Source of the DNA: Microthyrium microscopicum
Taxonomy: Eukaryota
Assembly (NCBI GenBank): GCA_010405405.1
Contig: MU004242.1
Location: 915,769-979,768, forward strand
Direction: 5' to 3'
Length of the DNA stretch: 64,000 bases
The notes beneath the pieces were generated by a model. It made no database searches. It was not told the origin of the DNA and saw only the letters and a program-made list of their open reading frames with translations. Positions within the stretch are counted from its first letter, which is position 1, and every line of letters starts with the position of its first letter. Positions 11,534 to 25,115 of the stretch are shown one piece after another. Position numbers and translations under genes: made by a program.

Positions 11534-14149
11534 CGTCGTGAGATTGACCAGAGATGATGAAGATTACGAAGGAAAGTGATTTAGTTGATGTTGTTGTTTT
11601 TGTCCAAGGGCAAAGATTGTAAATATATTATCGAAGGAGCGAGAATGCCTCAATATTAGGAGAAGTCTTGCCACTTATGGTGTGCCTCATCGAAGTAGAG
11701 AAATGATCGAGCTCAGGTCAAACAAGATATGTGTGAGATGTTGCGACACCAATGAGGCTCAATGCGGGCAGGTCTCCAGAAACATCCGTGAAAATGCAAG
11801 ATGCCGCTGGGGCCGTCGGACGGCAATCGCACAGGTGGTCGACTAGAAACAAAAGAAATGAGAAATGATAGTCTGAAAATAGCGAGGGCCTTGAATGGAA
11901 ATGTTGAAGACCTTCATATGGTTGCTGCCACCGGGACGAGCATTGAACAGGAACAACCGAGAAACTAGGTCCATAATCCAAGGGGTTGAGCCCTTTTTAT
12001 TATGTCCTAACTTCTGAGAGTCTAAGACAGCCTTTTCGAGTACACAATGTAATAATGCGCCTCTCGAAGGATTATTGACGAATCCATAGATGGCTTCTGT
12101 AGTCATCTACTTTGACCTGTCAATTCCACACAGTTGGGAATTAATAACGCCTCTGAAGGGCGGGGCAACCAAATTTCTGGATGAAAAGGAGTTTGGCGTC
12201 TAACGTGGCGTTCGATGGCGCTGCATGTCAAATCTTAAAATTTAGCCGCGAGCACCCTCCTAAATTTGCGCGTGGTTAGCAACGGTGGTGCTGCACAACG
12301 CAGTGTCAAAGGGATGACGCAGTAAGCAGGAATGAACAATTATTGCCAGTAAGTAAGAGTCCCGAGGATAAAGCAAAAGCAGATGTTGGAACAGCTGGGC
12401 TTAATCTTAATAGCAGCAGTCTCAAAGCCTAGAGAACTCAGAAGATCGCACCAGTCGAGGGGGAAAAAACAGATTTTCAAAGAGGCATTCTGATAAGCAA
12501 TACGCAGTTATTGACAGCGTCAGCTTTTGATCTTGAAGGATCAGGATTCGAGATCCTGAACGCCTGAAGGTTGACTATTGATGACTTGTACAAGACACAT
12601 GACAAAGATAGCTAGGTACTAGACATACCGATCTAGAGAATCGGCAATCCGAGAATCCGGGATTGCGTTTAATCTCTAGCTCATACCAATTATCGATAAC
12701 TATCAAGCCTTCAATTCACTGATTTGCCTTCTAAACTCGATCTTCATGACATTGTTCTTATTGACCTACAATTGAATTTCTCATAAGTTCTCACTCATTA
12801 AAGTCTTGAATTCAATCATACCGTGCCGAAAACATGTTCTTATTTCACCAATTTTTTGTTCTGTTGACGTCGTGACGAGGTGACAAGCACAAGTTCGTGG
12901 TTGCCAAAATTGAAAGCGGCACGGTAACGGCTACTAGTGCCCGCCACACCCGCAGGCGCTAGCGACTTTGGCATCCCACTTTCCATTTTCGATCACCTGC
13001 TATCGAAATCACAATTATACTCAGGTGTCTGTCGACCCGAGAGCTGAGTACACAGAGCACATGAAGTAGGATTGCGGGTGAGCCACGTTGAGGCTGGCTT
13101 GCAAGCTCCAAGAGATGATTTGAGTTTGATGTTGAAGTATTTGTGCGAGCATCATCGCCATTTACAATTGACGGGAGTGTCGAAATAGACAGCTTACCGG
13201 TGAAAACGCCCATAGACCAGCTATTGTCGATGGATCTATATTTCAGAGCCATCTTTTTGGATCATCTTCTAAGTTATACCGCCTACAATGACAGTTGTTT
13301 GCAAATCAGCTGCCAAATTAGATGTGTACTTGCAGCTGACAATGAGTAGCGACATGAATTTGACCAGTAGCTCTTCCTCAGAATAACACGAGTGTCAAGC
13401 CCGCGATTGAACGTCGCATTGATCCAGATCAACCTCGCTTCAAGTTCTCCATTTCCTAATCCCCTCGAAAGCTTGCCTCCTTCGACCTCTCTTTCTCTCT
13501 AAATCAGCAGGCCTTCACCATCTTGAAGTACCTGAAAAGCTCCCATGTTAGGAAAGCATATAAGACCTGTCGCTTCCTTCAGCCCTACTGATAGCATAAG
13601 GCCATCGAGCGTGTGGCGCTCAAGTAAAGGTACGAAGGTCGATATCACAGCGTGGAAACAACGTCTCCGTAACTCTTTACATCTTCAACGTTTAGAGGAT
13701 CTTAAAATTGTCAGAATGGTCACTTTGCAAGAGTTTATGCCGAGGTAGGCCGTCGTGGTTGGACATATTAAACTAATCTACTGAAAGCAGTTTTGACAGT
13801 TCGTTTTGAGAGCCGGTTTTGATTGAAGCTTTTGGCATCTGGAGATTACTCCGGGGCCTAGACTCACACCTCGCCCCATCGCGTTAAACCTTCCCTGTCT
13901 GCCATGTGCGGCTAGGTTGGACTTTCTTTTGTTTAAAAGTTTATGGCCCTACCTTATGCGACGGCTTATTCGATCCCTGACTTGATCACTAACCGACGAA
14001 TCACATTCTACTCCAATTCAGCCTCGCCTTCGTCCATATTACTGACCGAAATGTGGTATCATTCTGGAGGGTCGGCAACCCGGATCCGTAATAATAAGAA
14101 CCTGATCCGTCGCTTGATCAGGTAAGGTGTTACTCAACAATCGGTGGTA

Positions 14150-14188
14150 ATTATATAGCGCTAATGGATTACGTTAGCGCTATATAAT
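14150..14188. repeat. Perfect 15-bp inverted repeat with 9-nt spacer
   Basis: attatatagcgctaa (14150-14164) and ttagcgctatataat (14174-14188). Confidence 0.85.
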
Positions 14189-16049
14189 AGATTTAAGCCT
14201 CAAAACTGCTTGGTTCCTTAAGTTCCGTATAATTTCCTTATGGTACAACGACGGGAAGTGGATTAGCTATTCCTTTATAAGTAACGTTAGCTATCACGAG
14301 CCTGAATTTACTTGGTACGCTTTATAAAACGCCGAAGGGGTTATCAAACTTTAGCTTATCAAAGATTCCAGCTGCCGACCCTGCAGATTGGAAGAACTAG
14401 CATATCAAGCGAGGGGTTGACCCTCCGATTTGCAGCTTGCAAATTACCTGGAGTTTCTCACCGCCAATCAGGAATTGGTGGCAGGCTACTCGGACTGGCC
14501 CCAAGGATAACTCCTGACCATAATTACATCACTTGCGGTGAACGATTTAAAAGAATTATATCGACTATCCAAGCACTCAACACTTTCAACTCCACACATT
14601 GCCGGTTCCACGGGCAAGAAAGCCCTTCTAGGTTAGAACACAGGCACAGCTCACGAGCCTTTTCGGTTTTAGCTCCAATCAAGATGGATACTTGCTCCGA
14701 CATGAGGGTTCTCGGGAGTTTACGGTTCGATTTCGCAGCGCACCTCCAATTCTCGACAAATGAAATTCCAGCATAGGATGCATACATACGGTACTAGATT
14801 TCGGCTCCTCAATAAAACCAATGAGACAAAAGACAAGTTTATTGTCTTCATTGTCAAGGGAAAGGAACATCATACCGAGGACTTTGCCTCTTCGGTGTCT
14901 GCTCGAAACGACCAAGAACGGATCCTGGTTTTAGCCTTGCAGGATGCAGATAGTTGTCCGTGCAGACTTTATTCCAACATGAGCCTCACACTTGCCTCTG
15001 TCGATCTCTCTATTCCACATGTCTGAGCAGGGAATCTCCAGTAAGGCAGCCGCCCGGCGATTACAGGGTAATTTGGTACTTTGGCCATTGGAATTATGGA
15101 CCAACGAACAAATTTTTGGTTGCGATCTGGAATTCAACATATAGAGAGAAGCAAACACTACGGAAATAGTTTACTTCGAAAACTGGATTAGGCGTATTCC
15201 CACCGCGAAAAGTGGATTGGTGGCTGGTGGTTAGCATATCTGACAGCATGTGAATTTCTCAGGAACATCGCACACATCGGAAGAAAATGGAAATACATAG
15301 GCAAATGTCAACTACTCAATCATCACTACTGTATTGGGAAGACGATCTGTGCATCATGCCCTTGATTTCTAGTGGGCAGCAACCTACCATTGAGCAGTGC
15401 TTGACGAGCATCATAAGTCGTAAGGTCTCAGCCAGGACCCGACGCTCTGGATCCGTCAAAGCTCTTCCAGTCTTCATGAATCTGGACAATGAACTAGAAG
15501 ATAAATAGAACGGTACTAGAACTGCGGAATATTGTTCGCTAAACATCTTTCTGTAATATTACCACGCTGCTTCTGCGCCATTCAAGGGGACTCTTTTCCT
15601 TATCTTTCAGCATCCGACCAGGTTTCGCCTTTCTTCATTCGTATATTTGGGAATCACCTACCTAGTATCCAGTATTTGTGGTGTTTTCGTGGCGGGCCTT
15701 GCTTTCCACATCGACCTTGTTCAATTAGGCTGGACGCTCGGCATAACCTTTGGAATCCCGTAATCTTCGCACTGGACAACATCAAGATATTAGTTTTCCT
15801 GGAGGCGCTTCCACTAATATTTCTTGCCAGCTCACCTGTACCACGAGCCCAGCAAAGCCGTTTGAACATCTTATTTCTCATAAGTGGTCTTATCAGGAAC
15901 CTTGCCTCTGAGGCGAATCAAATTTCAGGCCATATCTTGTACTACATTCCCTCAAGACACACTGCAGTCTCGTTACTCTTAAAAAGCAGCAACAACTTCG
16001 TCAATCCTCAATTCGGCTAAAGTTAGGCCATATTCCTCTCATAATCATC

Positions 16050-17069
16050 ATGGCGCCGCATGTTGTGTCAGACGCTCCATCTGCTGGTTCATCATACCTC
16101 GACTCAGCTTCCACACCGCCAAGCAGCCTGTCTGTTGGCCCACCACCATGTTTTGCAGATATCAATAAAGCTTTAGAGCGATGTATGATTGCAAAGCTAG
16201 ATCTTGAGGAGATCAAGAACTACATGATCGATCTTGCGAAAAAGGGAGGGATCATGATGAAGTCAGTCAACCCATCCGTCGATGACAGCTGCGAAAAGAA
16301 CAACTCAGCAGACAGAGTGACTGCCACCGACAAAGCTATAGAAGCAATGGTCAAATCGGGCATGGCGATCAAATACCCAGACATTGAATTTCTCGGCGAA
16401 GAAACTTTCAAAGATGGACAAAAACTTACCGACGAGCCAACACTTGTGTGCGATCCAATCGACGGTACTCTCAACTTCATTCACGGCTTTCCAAACTACG
16501 CTATCAGTCTGGCACTTACCGTCTGCAAAGCTCCAATCATTGGCGTAGTCTACAATCCGGCGCGCGGAGATCTTTTCACAGCTATAAAAGGACGTGGTGC
16601 CTTTCTTACCCGCTGGGACGGCACTGAATCCGCACTTCCTATCCGACCCCAAGCAGACCCTATCAACAAACTCGCCAGCTGTCTATGCGCGCTAGAATAT
16701 GGCAACGACCGCCAATCACACAAATGGGAGCTAAGAACTCACATGGTGGATAGATTACTGTCTAAAAACGGAGGAATGGCACATAGTTTGCGAAGTTCCG
16801 GATCTGCAGCTCTCGACTTCTGCTATGTCGCCGCTGGCTGGCTCGATATCTTCTGGGAAGGAGGATGTTGGATCTGGGACGTTGCTGCAGGATTCGTCAT
16901 TGCGCAAGAAGCTGGTGGAATAGTGGTTGGCGCGAATCCAGGTGACTGGAACCCTAGTCTTGAAGGAAGAAGTTATTTCGCAGTACGAGGAGCAGCAAGT
17001 GGACAGAGGGAGGTTGTTGAAGAAGTCTGGGAGCTAATGGGAGATAGACGGTTTACTTTTAATTCCTAA
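16050..17069 (+). CDS. Inositol monophosphatase family protein (QutG/Qa-x-like)
   Basis: VTATDKAIE, FLGEE, DPIDGTLNF, RSSGSAALD, WDVAAG motifs; intronless ORF. Confidence 0.93.
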   Translation: MAPHVVSDAPSAGSSYLDSASTPPSSLSVGPPPCFADINKALERCMIAKLDLEEIKNYMIDLAKKGGIMMKSVNPSVDDSCEKNNSADRVTATDKAIEAMVKSGMAIKYPDIEFLGEETFKDGQKLTDEPTLVCDPIDGTLNFIHGFPNYAISLALTVCKAPIIGVVYNPARGDLFTAIKGRGAFLTRWDGTESALPIRPQADPINKLASCLCALEYGNDRQSHKWELRTHMVDRLLSKNGGMAHSLRSSGSAALDFCYVAAGWLDIFWEGGCWIWDVAAGFVIAQEAGGIVVGANPGDWNPSLEGRSYFAVRGAASGQREVVEEVWELMGDRRFTFNS

Positions 17070-17373
17070 GCTGGGATTTACGGAAGCGAGCGTTGAGAAC
17101 TTATGCTTTATGATACCAATCTGGCGGCACTACACTTGTATTAGACGTTTTTTTCGCTGGTGTTTAAACCTTGGACTTTCGAGAGCTCTTAAGATATTTA
17201 CCAGGTGTGTTGCGGCATGTAAGTCTTGAGGATTTCGGTTACACGTCAACTGATAGCTAGAGCTTAAATTGTTATCTTAATATAGATGTCATTTCCTCAC
17301 GCATACAAAGATACCTGTGAAGCTGCTCCGATGGAAAAGAGTCATCGCAAGTTCGAAGAGTCTTTTGTGTTAT

Positions 17374-18259
17374 TTACGACACATCCTGAAAAGGTTGGTG
17401 ATGGTCCACTTTGTTGTTCTCGTAAGAGCTTCGTTTTCGAGCCTTCAGCCAACATGTAAAGATTGCCATAGCACCCAGTACGAAGACAAGAAAAGCCAAT
17501 GAACACATAGCCCCCTCTTGATTGTCCCACTTCGCCTTCATATAACTCGTTGTGGAATCCGGGAGCATTCCAATACTGCCGTCCATGGCAGGACTTGGTT
17601 CGATCAATTCGATGACTGTTTGCCTCTTAGGTTGCCAACGGCCAATGAATTGTAAATTCCAATGTTGTCCGGAATGGTCTTCTGAGCCCATAAATGGCTT
17701 CAGTGTATCTGCATACACGTCCAAATGTCTCGACGAACTGGTGAAATTATTACTGAGGCGATAAGTGCCGTCATCCCAGGAATCGACTCGCCAGTATTGT
17801 CCTGAGAAGCTCCCTCCTGGTGCCATGTGGACACCTGTATCCTGCAGTACTCCGTTATCGATCATTATGTCGAGAGCCCATTCCTGTCCTTTTCCCTGTG
17901 TATGCATGTAATAGAAGCCGGAATCACCTGTCGAGCTGAAATACCTATGTGTCATTTAGCTCGAGCGAATTTCACGTAATGCTAGAGAGCCATCATCGAT
18001 CCGATGTCAACTTTAGCAGCTCCGGCTCAACTCATAGAGATCCGTATTCGAACGAATCATCAACAGGACGAGCAATGAAACCCTTAGATCAATGAAGGAA
18101 ACAAAACACAACGTACCATTGATGGTGTAAGTCTGAGCCATTCTGATTTTGCAAGACAACTGAATCGTCGGCAGTCGTAGAGAGCTCCTTATAGAAACCA
18201 GTGTAGGTGTTTGTGAGATGAAAAAAGCTGCCTTCTAGATCGCCAGTCCCGCCGCTCAT
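17374..18259 (-). CDS. Ricin B-type beta-trefoil lectin-like protein with a C-terminal transmembrane helix (237 aa)
   Basis: Exon 1 18117-18259, intron 17945-18116; three subrepeats ending HQW, GQYW, GQHW, with FHLTN and YRLSN; hydrophobic AMCSLAFLVFVLGAMAIFTCWL followed by KARKR. Confidence 0.75.
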
Positions 18260-18703
18260 GATGCGAGATGTTCAATCACTGAAAGGACAAACAGATGATT
18301 ATGCATAAAAAGTTGGAAATTAGAATTGTGAGGGAAGCGTCAAAAAACCATTTGACAGATGGTTCCTCGGTTTTGAATAAAAAAATAAAATCATGACTCT
18401 GCAGTGGTGATACCTAACCATTGAACTCCGTTACATCTAAATCAGTCTATGCTCTGCGCAATGTAACACACAACGAGCACGATGAGGGGAAAGCTGCTGG
18501 TAGCCACCCGGGAAGTCTCTGTCCAACAGCAAGATGCATAAGACTCGCACTTTAGAGCACGCACTTGCAAGCATAACATGAGACTCAAAAGAAGTTGTGA
18601 CATGAGGCTTTTAGTCATCTCGTTACACTGTGAATCATTATAGCAATCCGCAACCGCTCGTGCTCCGAGGCTATCTCTCGTAATCTATGGTGTCTAAAAA
18701 TGC

Positions 18704-20059
18704 TCAGAATCTAACTCGAAGGAACTGATTTGGCCATGCAACGTCAACGTCTAGCTTGTGTGCGACTCTGAGAACCCACTCCGGTTCCCTCATGAATTGT
18801 CTTGCAACAAGAACAACATCAGCCATTGGCTCCTTGCCATCTTTTGCATCTGTGATTTTCGCTGCAATTGCAGCTTCTTCCCCAATCGTCCGACTAGCCT
18901 CGACGATGTCCTTAGCTTGCTCTGCTTCCGTAATGAGGCCGACTGCTCCGACGAAGAGGTTTAAGCCTTCAGCTTTCGTTTCTTGGCGAATCCGTCCTGC
19001 CATGTCGGTTTGATAGTTTTTCGTTTCGAATGGGTTAAGACGTTGTTTGGGGTGATTTCCTCCACTTGAGCAGTCTAGTAAATCAACTCCTAGACCGGGC
19101 AAAATCTTGGCCAGCTTGATGGTGCTCTCCAAGTCCCAAGTGCCTAGCTCTTTGCCGATATCTGTTTCCTCCAACCATTCCGTTGAGCTCAGTCGTACCC
19201 AGAGAGGCATGCCTTTTGGAATTACCTCTCGAATGGCCACCACAATATCCCGAAGGAACTTAGTCCGTCCTTCAAAGCTTCCACCATACTCATCAGTTCT
19301 GCGATTAGTAATCGGACTCAAAAATTGATGCACCAAATATCCATGAGCGCCATGGATCTCAATGATATCAACACCCGCTTTCACAGATCTCTTCGCCGCG
19401 TCCGCAAAAGCCTTAATCATCTCCTTCACATCCTCGGTACTAGCTGCTCTAGGAGGCCAGTATCCTTTGGCCCCTTTGCCAGGCACATAGTCCCAGGCCT
19501 CCTCTTCACCACCCATTGGACCGATTACATTGTCTGGCCAACCACCCACATCTGTATCGGCTCGCGTGCTCAGATTGCCTAGCTTTTTCGATATCCAGGG
19601 TGCAGTTGTACTTGATTTGCGCCCAGCATGCGCTAGCTGGATAGCGCAAAGGCCACCCTGACTTTTTATGAAATCCGCAACGCGCTGGACGCTAGGAATT
19701 TGAGCATCGCTCCAGATACCTGGGCAATTGGGACTGATACGACCGTTTGGTTGGACTCCTGTAGCTTCAATGAAGACCACTGATGCTCCTTTCAAGGCAT
19801 AGTGTCCAAGTGTGGCAACGTGGTAGTCGGTTAGAGCTCCAATGTCTGGGCCTTCATGAGCAGTGCTGTATTGGCACATGGGTGCGACGACAATGCGGTT
19901 ACGAAGAACAGCATCGCGAATTTTGAGCGGACTAAAAAGTGTTGGTGTTGAGTCTTTTAGTCCAATAGCACTACCTGGTGAATTTGTATGTCTTGGTGTG
20001 AAATAAGGAATGCCAGAGACAGCTTCATTGAGCGCCGACTTTTCTTCCGCGGAACCCAT
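18704..20059 (-). CDS. NADH:flavin oxidoreductase / Old Yellow Enzyme (YqjM/NamA-like)
   Basis: NRIVVAPMCQYS, IQLAHAGRK, EIHGAHGYL, NRRTDEYGGSFEGR; intronless. Confidence 0.95.
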   Translation of the reverse strand: MGSAEEKSALNEAVSGIPYFTPRHTNSPGSAIGLKDSTPTLFSPLKIRDAVLRNRIVVAPMCQYSTAHEGPDIGALTDYHVATLGHYALKGASVVFIEATGVQPNGRISPNCPGIWSDAQIPSVQRVADFIKSQGGLCAIQLAHAGRKSSTTAPWISKKLGNLSTRADTDVGGWPDNVIGPMGGEEEAWDYVPGKGAKGYWPPRAASTEDVKEMIKAFADAAKRSVKAGVDIIEIHGAHGYLVHQFLSPITNRRTDEYGGSFEGRTKFLRDIVVAIREVIPKGMPLWVRLSSTEWLEETDIGKELGTWDLESTIKLAKILPGLGVDLLDCSSGGNHPKQRLNPFETKNYQTDMAGRIRQETKAEGLNLFVGAVGLITEAEQAKDIVEASRTIGEEAAIAAKITDAKDGKEPMADVVLVARQFMREPEWVLRVAHKLDVDVAWPNQFLRVRF

Positions 20060-20857
20060 ATTCGCCGCTTGCCTCAATGACTTTGCCTGTCAATTGTTTG
20101 CTGATTCAGAGGAAGGGTAGAAGGTGACTTGTTGGGGATCTGGTGGAGTGTGGACGTTGCCGAGGATAAAAGTTGTTATATGTATGGTGTATGTCTGATT
20201 TCTAAGCTGGTAGTAGAGTAAGTTGTAGCAACCGACCAGATCGGAGAATTAATGAACTATCGAGCCAATAAAAGGTTGCGCAAGATAAGTTGTGGATGAG
20301 ATTAAATAACCCTCGTCTTGTTTCCTATACCCGAAGATGTCGCAATTTGCTTACTAAAGTTGATTATGGAAACGTTGGCTATCCATTTCATGGTGTTCAA
20401 TACGCTGATTGCGTTATAAAATTTATTATTGCAGTCTTGATATTCCCAATCATTAAGATCTTCGTACATCTGAACGGGGTTGCTGAAGTCAGAGCCGAGT
20501 GTTTGCCCAAGGTGCTTGTTGCATATCGTTCAAATGAGAAACATGATGATTGATGTGAACAATCCAGTTTTGGAATAACTATTTCTGCTTGCACCAAAAA
20601 TCTCAAAATGAGTATTGTGTCCAATGGGAGCATATCCTTATTTCGTCTGTTTTTTGATAAGTTCCACTTAAGATCAAGAATTCATTTCAATTGATCCAGA
20701 GACATCACCAACAAAAGTGGCTACGTCGACCAAGCTAGGTCCGAATCTACCCAAACATTCGCACCAAATAATGCTATTTACAAAAAGGTATCGTGCATGC
20801 AACATCCAAAAAGAGACTGTCAAAAGCGACAGGTCAAAGAACAACGCTATCAATGCT

Positions 20858-22821
20858 TTATATCCGCGATCCATTCACCAAATGCGAAAATCCCGCTTCC
20901 CGTACAAACATGTCTTTCGCTGAATCGCTGGCAAATGATATTTTGAGGTATTTCATCTCCCTGATCCGGCCGTCCAGCACATCGCGTAGCATAAACACCA
21001 ACTTGCCTGACCGGCCTTCCTTCTCTGGCGCTCGTAAACAATTCACGTCTAGTTCTACTACCTGGCTTGCAACGTGTGCGTTTTTATTGCGGAAAAATTT
21101 GACTGTTCGCGCTGGTGCGGCTGATTCGTGAGACTCCCATACTTGTATTGTTTGACAGCCGGCTTCCGCGGCGTGGCCATGAGTGAGCGCGCTTTTGAGC
21201 GTGGATATGTCGACGCTGGCGATGAGGGTTTTGCCGACGACCATTTGTAGAAAGTCCCAGCAATCAGTCCGGCTTGCGAATGAGTATTGCGGGTGACGGG
21301 CTGTGTTTGGTGCGAAATGGACCAGAGCGGTTATGGATGTGTCGTGCTGGTCTCGCATGGCAGCTTCGATTTCGGCATTTTCGAGAAATGGCGATGCATT
21401 GGTTTGTAGACTCGATATCCAGAGATCCTGTATAATATCTTGGCCTTTTGAAGTTCTTAAGATCAGTACGATGCCGTCGCCGCCAGGCCGGGATGTTTGT
21501 CGAACTTCAATATGCGTGATAGTGACTTGTTGTAGCGTGACGCCGCGGTGGTACCAGAGCTTAACACTGCCCTCTGTGAAGGCCCGGTCGTGAGAGGCGG
21601 TAGAAAGGATTGAGCCGTCTCGCAGGGAGGAGCGGATGCTGTTGGCGGAGCTGCCTGTGGCGACGCTGGACCCACTTTCCCAAGTATCTGCAGACGAGGA
21701 TGCGGTATTGGTGGCTCGTTGTTTGCCCTTAACGTTAGGACGGGGCGGTATGGACGGGAGGGAGGAGTGTAGGTCGTCCAGGGACCACGTTGGATATTCC
21801 CTGTCATCGGCGAGCCCTTGCGGGTGAAGACGGGGTAGAGAGGGAGGGTATGATGGTGGAGGTGTAGTAGATTGTTGTAAAGGACTTCCGTTTGGTGGGA
21901 AGGGTGCATTCGCAACTGGTGACTTGACGCCTTCTGGTCGGGAATCGCAACCGTCTCTCTTGCGTTTTATTCCAGCTGCCATTGTGCCACCATATTGTTG
22001 GTCTAGCATCTGTTGGACTCTTCGGTCTGCTAATGTATTTCCTGGCCGCCTCGTTCGCCGTATTCGAGCTGACGCGGGGAGGTGTCCTAATGTGTCGCCA
22101 TTCGGAAGTATAATGGGGGAGGGAGCTTGAGTACCAGACATAAGGTTTAGGAGGGTCATTGGGGTGGCAGCTTGAGGTCCCATTGCCGGCGATGGCATGG
22201 GACTCAGCCGTATTGGACTCATGTCTGGATTTAGGAGAGGAGAAGACATCGTGGAGAAGGGAGATTGTAAGAATGGAGATGGGAGGATAGAAATTGGAGG
22301 AGTGAAAGATTGAATCATTTCTTCTTTAGCGGCTACATCTTTGCGGATGAGGTATTTGCTGTAGAATACGAATCAGATAATGCCCCCACGTATACGGAGA
22401 GTACCTACGGGTCGAACGTCAAAAGTATTTCTAGACACTGGTCGTCTAGGTTTAATAGCTTTTCTTCGTAATTCTTGCAGTATTCCACCATGCCGGGACC
22501 TTCAGGCCCATTCCAAGGTACTGCATTTTCAGCACGACTACCGAACCCACTACGTGGTAGTATCTGCTGCGGGTCAATGTACAGCTCCAAGTCCAGAAGG
22601 TTGCTTCGGAATTTTTTGAGAGACAAGACATATCTATCAAATAGGATGCTGATATCTCGAGCCGCTAGTTGTCCACCAAGTTCGATAAGGCAGCTGTATG
22701 TTGTGTTTAGCCGCTGAAAGAGTAGCTCGACTTCCTTGGGAGCTCCGGAGATCTGCTGAAACAAGCGATGGAGATTATCAATATCAACAATCAAAGAATG
22801 AACAGCTCCGGCAAGACTCAT
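20858..22821 (-). CDS. Hypothetical protein: helical N-terminal domain, Pro/Ser-rich middle, globular C-terminal domain
   Basis: ORFs 22405-22821 and 20858-22318 join in frame through intron 22359-22409 (gtaggt...ctgat...cag). Confidence 0.7.
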
Positions 22822-25115
22822 GCTGTCTTGGAGTCGATCACTCCAACTGCGATCTAGTAATCCAGTGGTAAACTCAACAGAGAAGAAAGCATAATGTGCT
22901 GTGCGCCCACCCGATCTAAAGTAGGCTCGGCGACGATCTCAAGTAGCAAAGCACTAAGAGGGACCGTTCACCGTTGAGCCGGAGAAGCTGCGTCAATAGT
23001 AGGATTGGTACTGGCGGAATAGATGCAAATAATAACGTGCAAAGAAGGTAAGGCCAAAACCCTTCGCTCACTCCGAAGTACAGGATGGGATGTGGTCTCA
23101 AAACTGCAATTCTCCTTTGCTGTTACGTGATGTGGAGGGCCACGATGCGCACACTTGTGTCCGTGGTACTTGGCTCGCGTATTGGACAAGGTTGTTACAG
23201 CTGTCAGGCTATGGAAGAATTCTAGCACGGCTCGGAATGGCTATGAGCCTATGACAGTTTCCTTCAGTGGGTGGTGACAGCTTTCAACACCGGATTTGGC
23301 CCGGATGCGAGCACACGCAGCAAGGCGAAGCATCAACGGCGAATTCAATGGTTCCTGAGCACGTTGTCCATCAAGAGGCTGTTGCAGTTGAGCCTCTGCT
23401 TACCTCCGTTCCAGTCAGGATCAGACGCTGGTCTATGCCATTCAAGGCGAGAAGGTAGCCGAAGCACGAGATGGAGTTCAGGAGAGGAGACGTACGACTC
23501 GGCTGGTGAAGAAAAAGAAAGGCGAATGTACGATGACAATAGGAAATTGCGAATGCAGTAGGCAATGAGGCAGAATGCTGAAAAGCGTGGTCATGATATT
23601 CCTGGGCGGACATGGATGCAAAAGAGAAGAAAGTCACAACCTACAAGTCGCGACAAACCCCTTCTGACATTTGCCAGTCGCTGTTGGAGTGGAACGCACG
23701 TGTGAAAATCTTTGGATCTTACTGCAGAGATTCTCGTGGGGGAACTGGGGAAGGGGGCGAGATGCTGCATTCAGGGGTTATAAAAATTATATTGGCTTGA
23801 CTGCTGGGCAGTGGGAACAATCCATTTTCTTAACCCCTTCACCTTCTCCAAGAACAGGAAAAAGAAATTGACCGTTAACAACATGTACGGATACACATAC
23901 TTACCGTCTCAAGTCTTTCAAACAGAAAAAAGAAGCAGTGAGTGGTACTTTGTAAAGCCAGTCAGATCTCCACAGTGACCTCGTGGTTGAGTGATGACTG
24001 TTGAACGAGAGGTAGATCTATAGCATTATCGTGCTCAAATCACAAATTGAATTCTCGAATTGGTGGTCGTAAGGCTGAAGCCTGAGCCCTGAAGTAACAT
24101 ACTGTACGTAGCAGAGTAGTCACTTCAGGGACTTTGCTCCGTAAGCTTTGGGGCTTCAGTTCTCCGCTAGCTATCCAGTACTCACCTAGGTTCTTCTATC
24201 CGTAGTTAGGTACCATATTCGTGGTTCAATTTGTCACAGATCCCTAGGACCAGGTTTGCGTAAGGCAACGCTGGTCCCTTTTCTTCATCATGCATTGGAA
24301 TCTGGAGAGCCGCATCCATGATCCAGCGATGAAGATGGAGGTCATGATCAAAAACAGATTACTGGGTAGGGGCAAGGGGCTAGGGAAATGGCTTGTGGCT
24401 TGCTGGGTCGCATTGTTCGCCAAGGTCATGCCAACACCTTCTTCAATCTCAATTTCAACGGCGGTCTGCGCGGCGAGACTTGAATACTGCAACCGCGATA
24501 TAGTGTACAGTAATGCCATCTCATATAATGTTTTATGTCCTTCTGTTATGATTTCACGTCAACTCTCGGTGGTTGTTTGTGTATCATCAGACTTCGTCCA
24601 CTTTCTATAATAGTACAGTTACTGGCGACCGGCCTGCCTACACTCTGCGATATCAAATCAGACACTTTCCAAACCCGCAGGAAACTCTTGCTAGCGCGCA
24701 GCCTTGTTCGTCCGGATATATCAGACCAGAAAAAGCCACCTCCAACCACTGAGCCAATCTTGAGGAGGCATCACGTCAGCCCCTCGAAATCGCAACAGCA
24801 TTTGGTGATCATCTGTCTCCCCAACTCTTTCTTTTCGCTTGTCTCTCTTCTCCAAACTTTTGGCGGTGGGGCGATCCATACCTGATATCGGTTTCATTCA
24901 TACTTTGTGACTGGGCGAGCCTTGGTGCAGAGTCCGGAAGCCGTTGGCTGAATAATAGGTCATTCTTCTGTGTACTGGTATCCACTTGACCCCAGACTCA
25001 GTTATTATCTCGCACCCTGCAGCGGATTTCGCAGGCAATATACAAACCAACTACAACTCTCCATAAGAGTCGTATCCATGAGCATAGCAGATAGAGCCAT
25101 CGCCCTGCCTCTGGG

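Noticed and set aside
14700..14745. GGTTCGA T-loop-like motif suggesting a tRNA
   Set aside because: No acceptor stem or cloverleaf can be built around it.
11600..16020. Short ORFs of 60-160 aa in the long intergenic region
   Set aside because: Many have non-ATG starts, none shows a motif or consistent splice model.
16050..20059. Quinate utilisation or secondary metabolite cluster around the IMPase and OYE genes
   Set aside because: No dehydroquinase, quinate dehydrogenase, permease, regulator, PKS, NRPS or terpene synthase in the window.
23697..23702. CACGTG PHO box for the phosphate transporter
   Set aside because: Single hexamer about 1.4 kb upstream; not distinguishable from chance.
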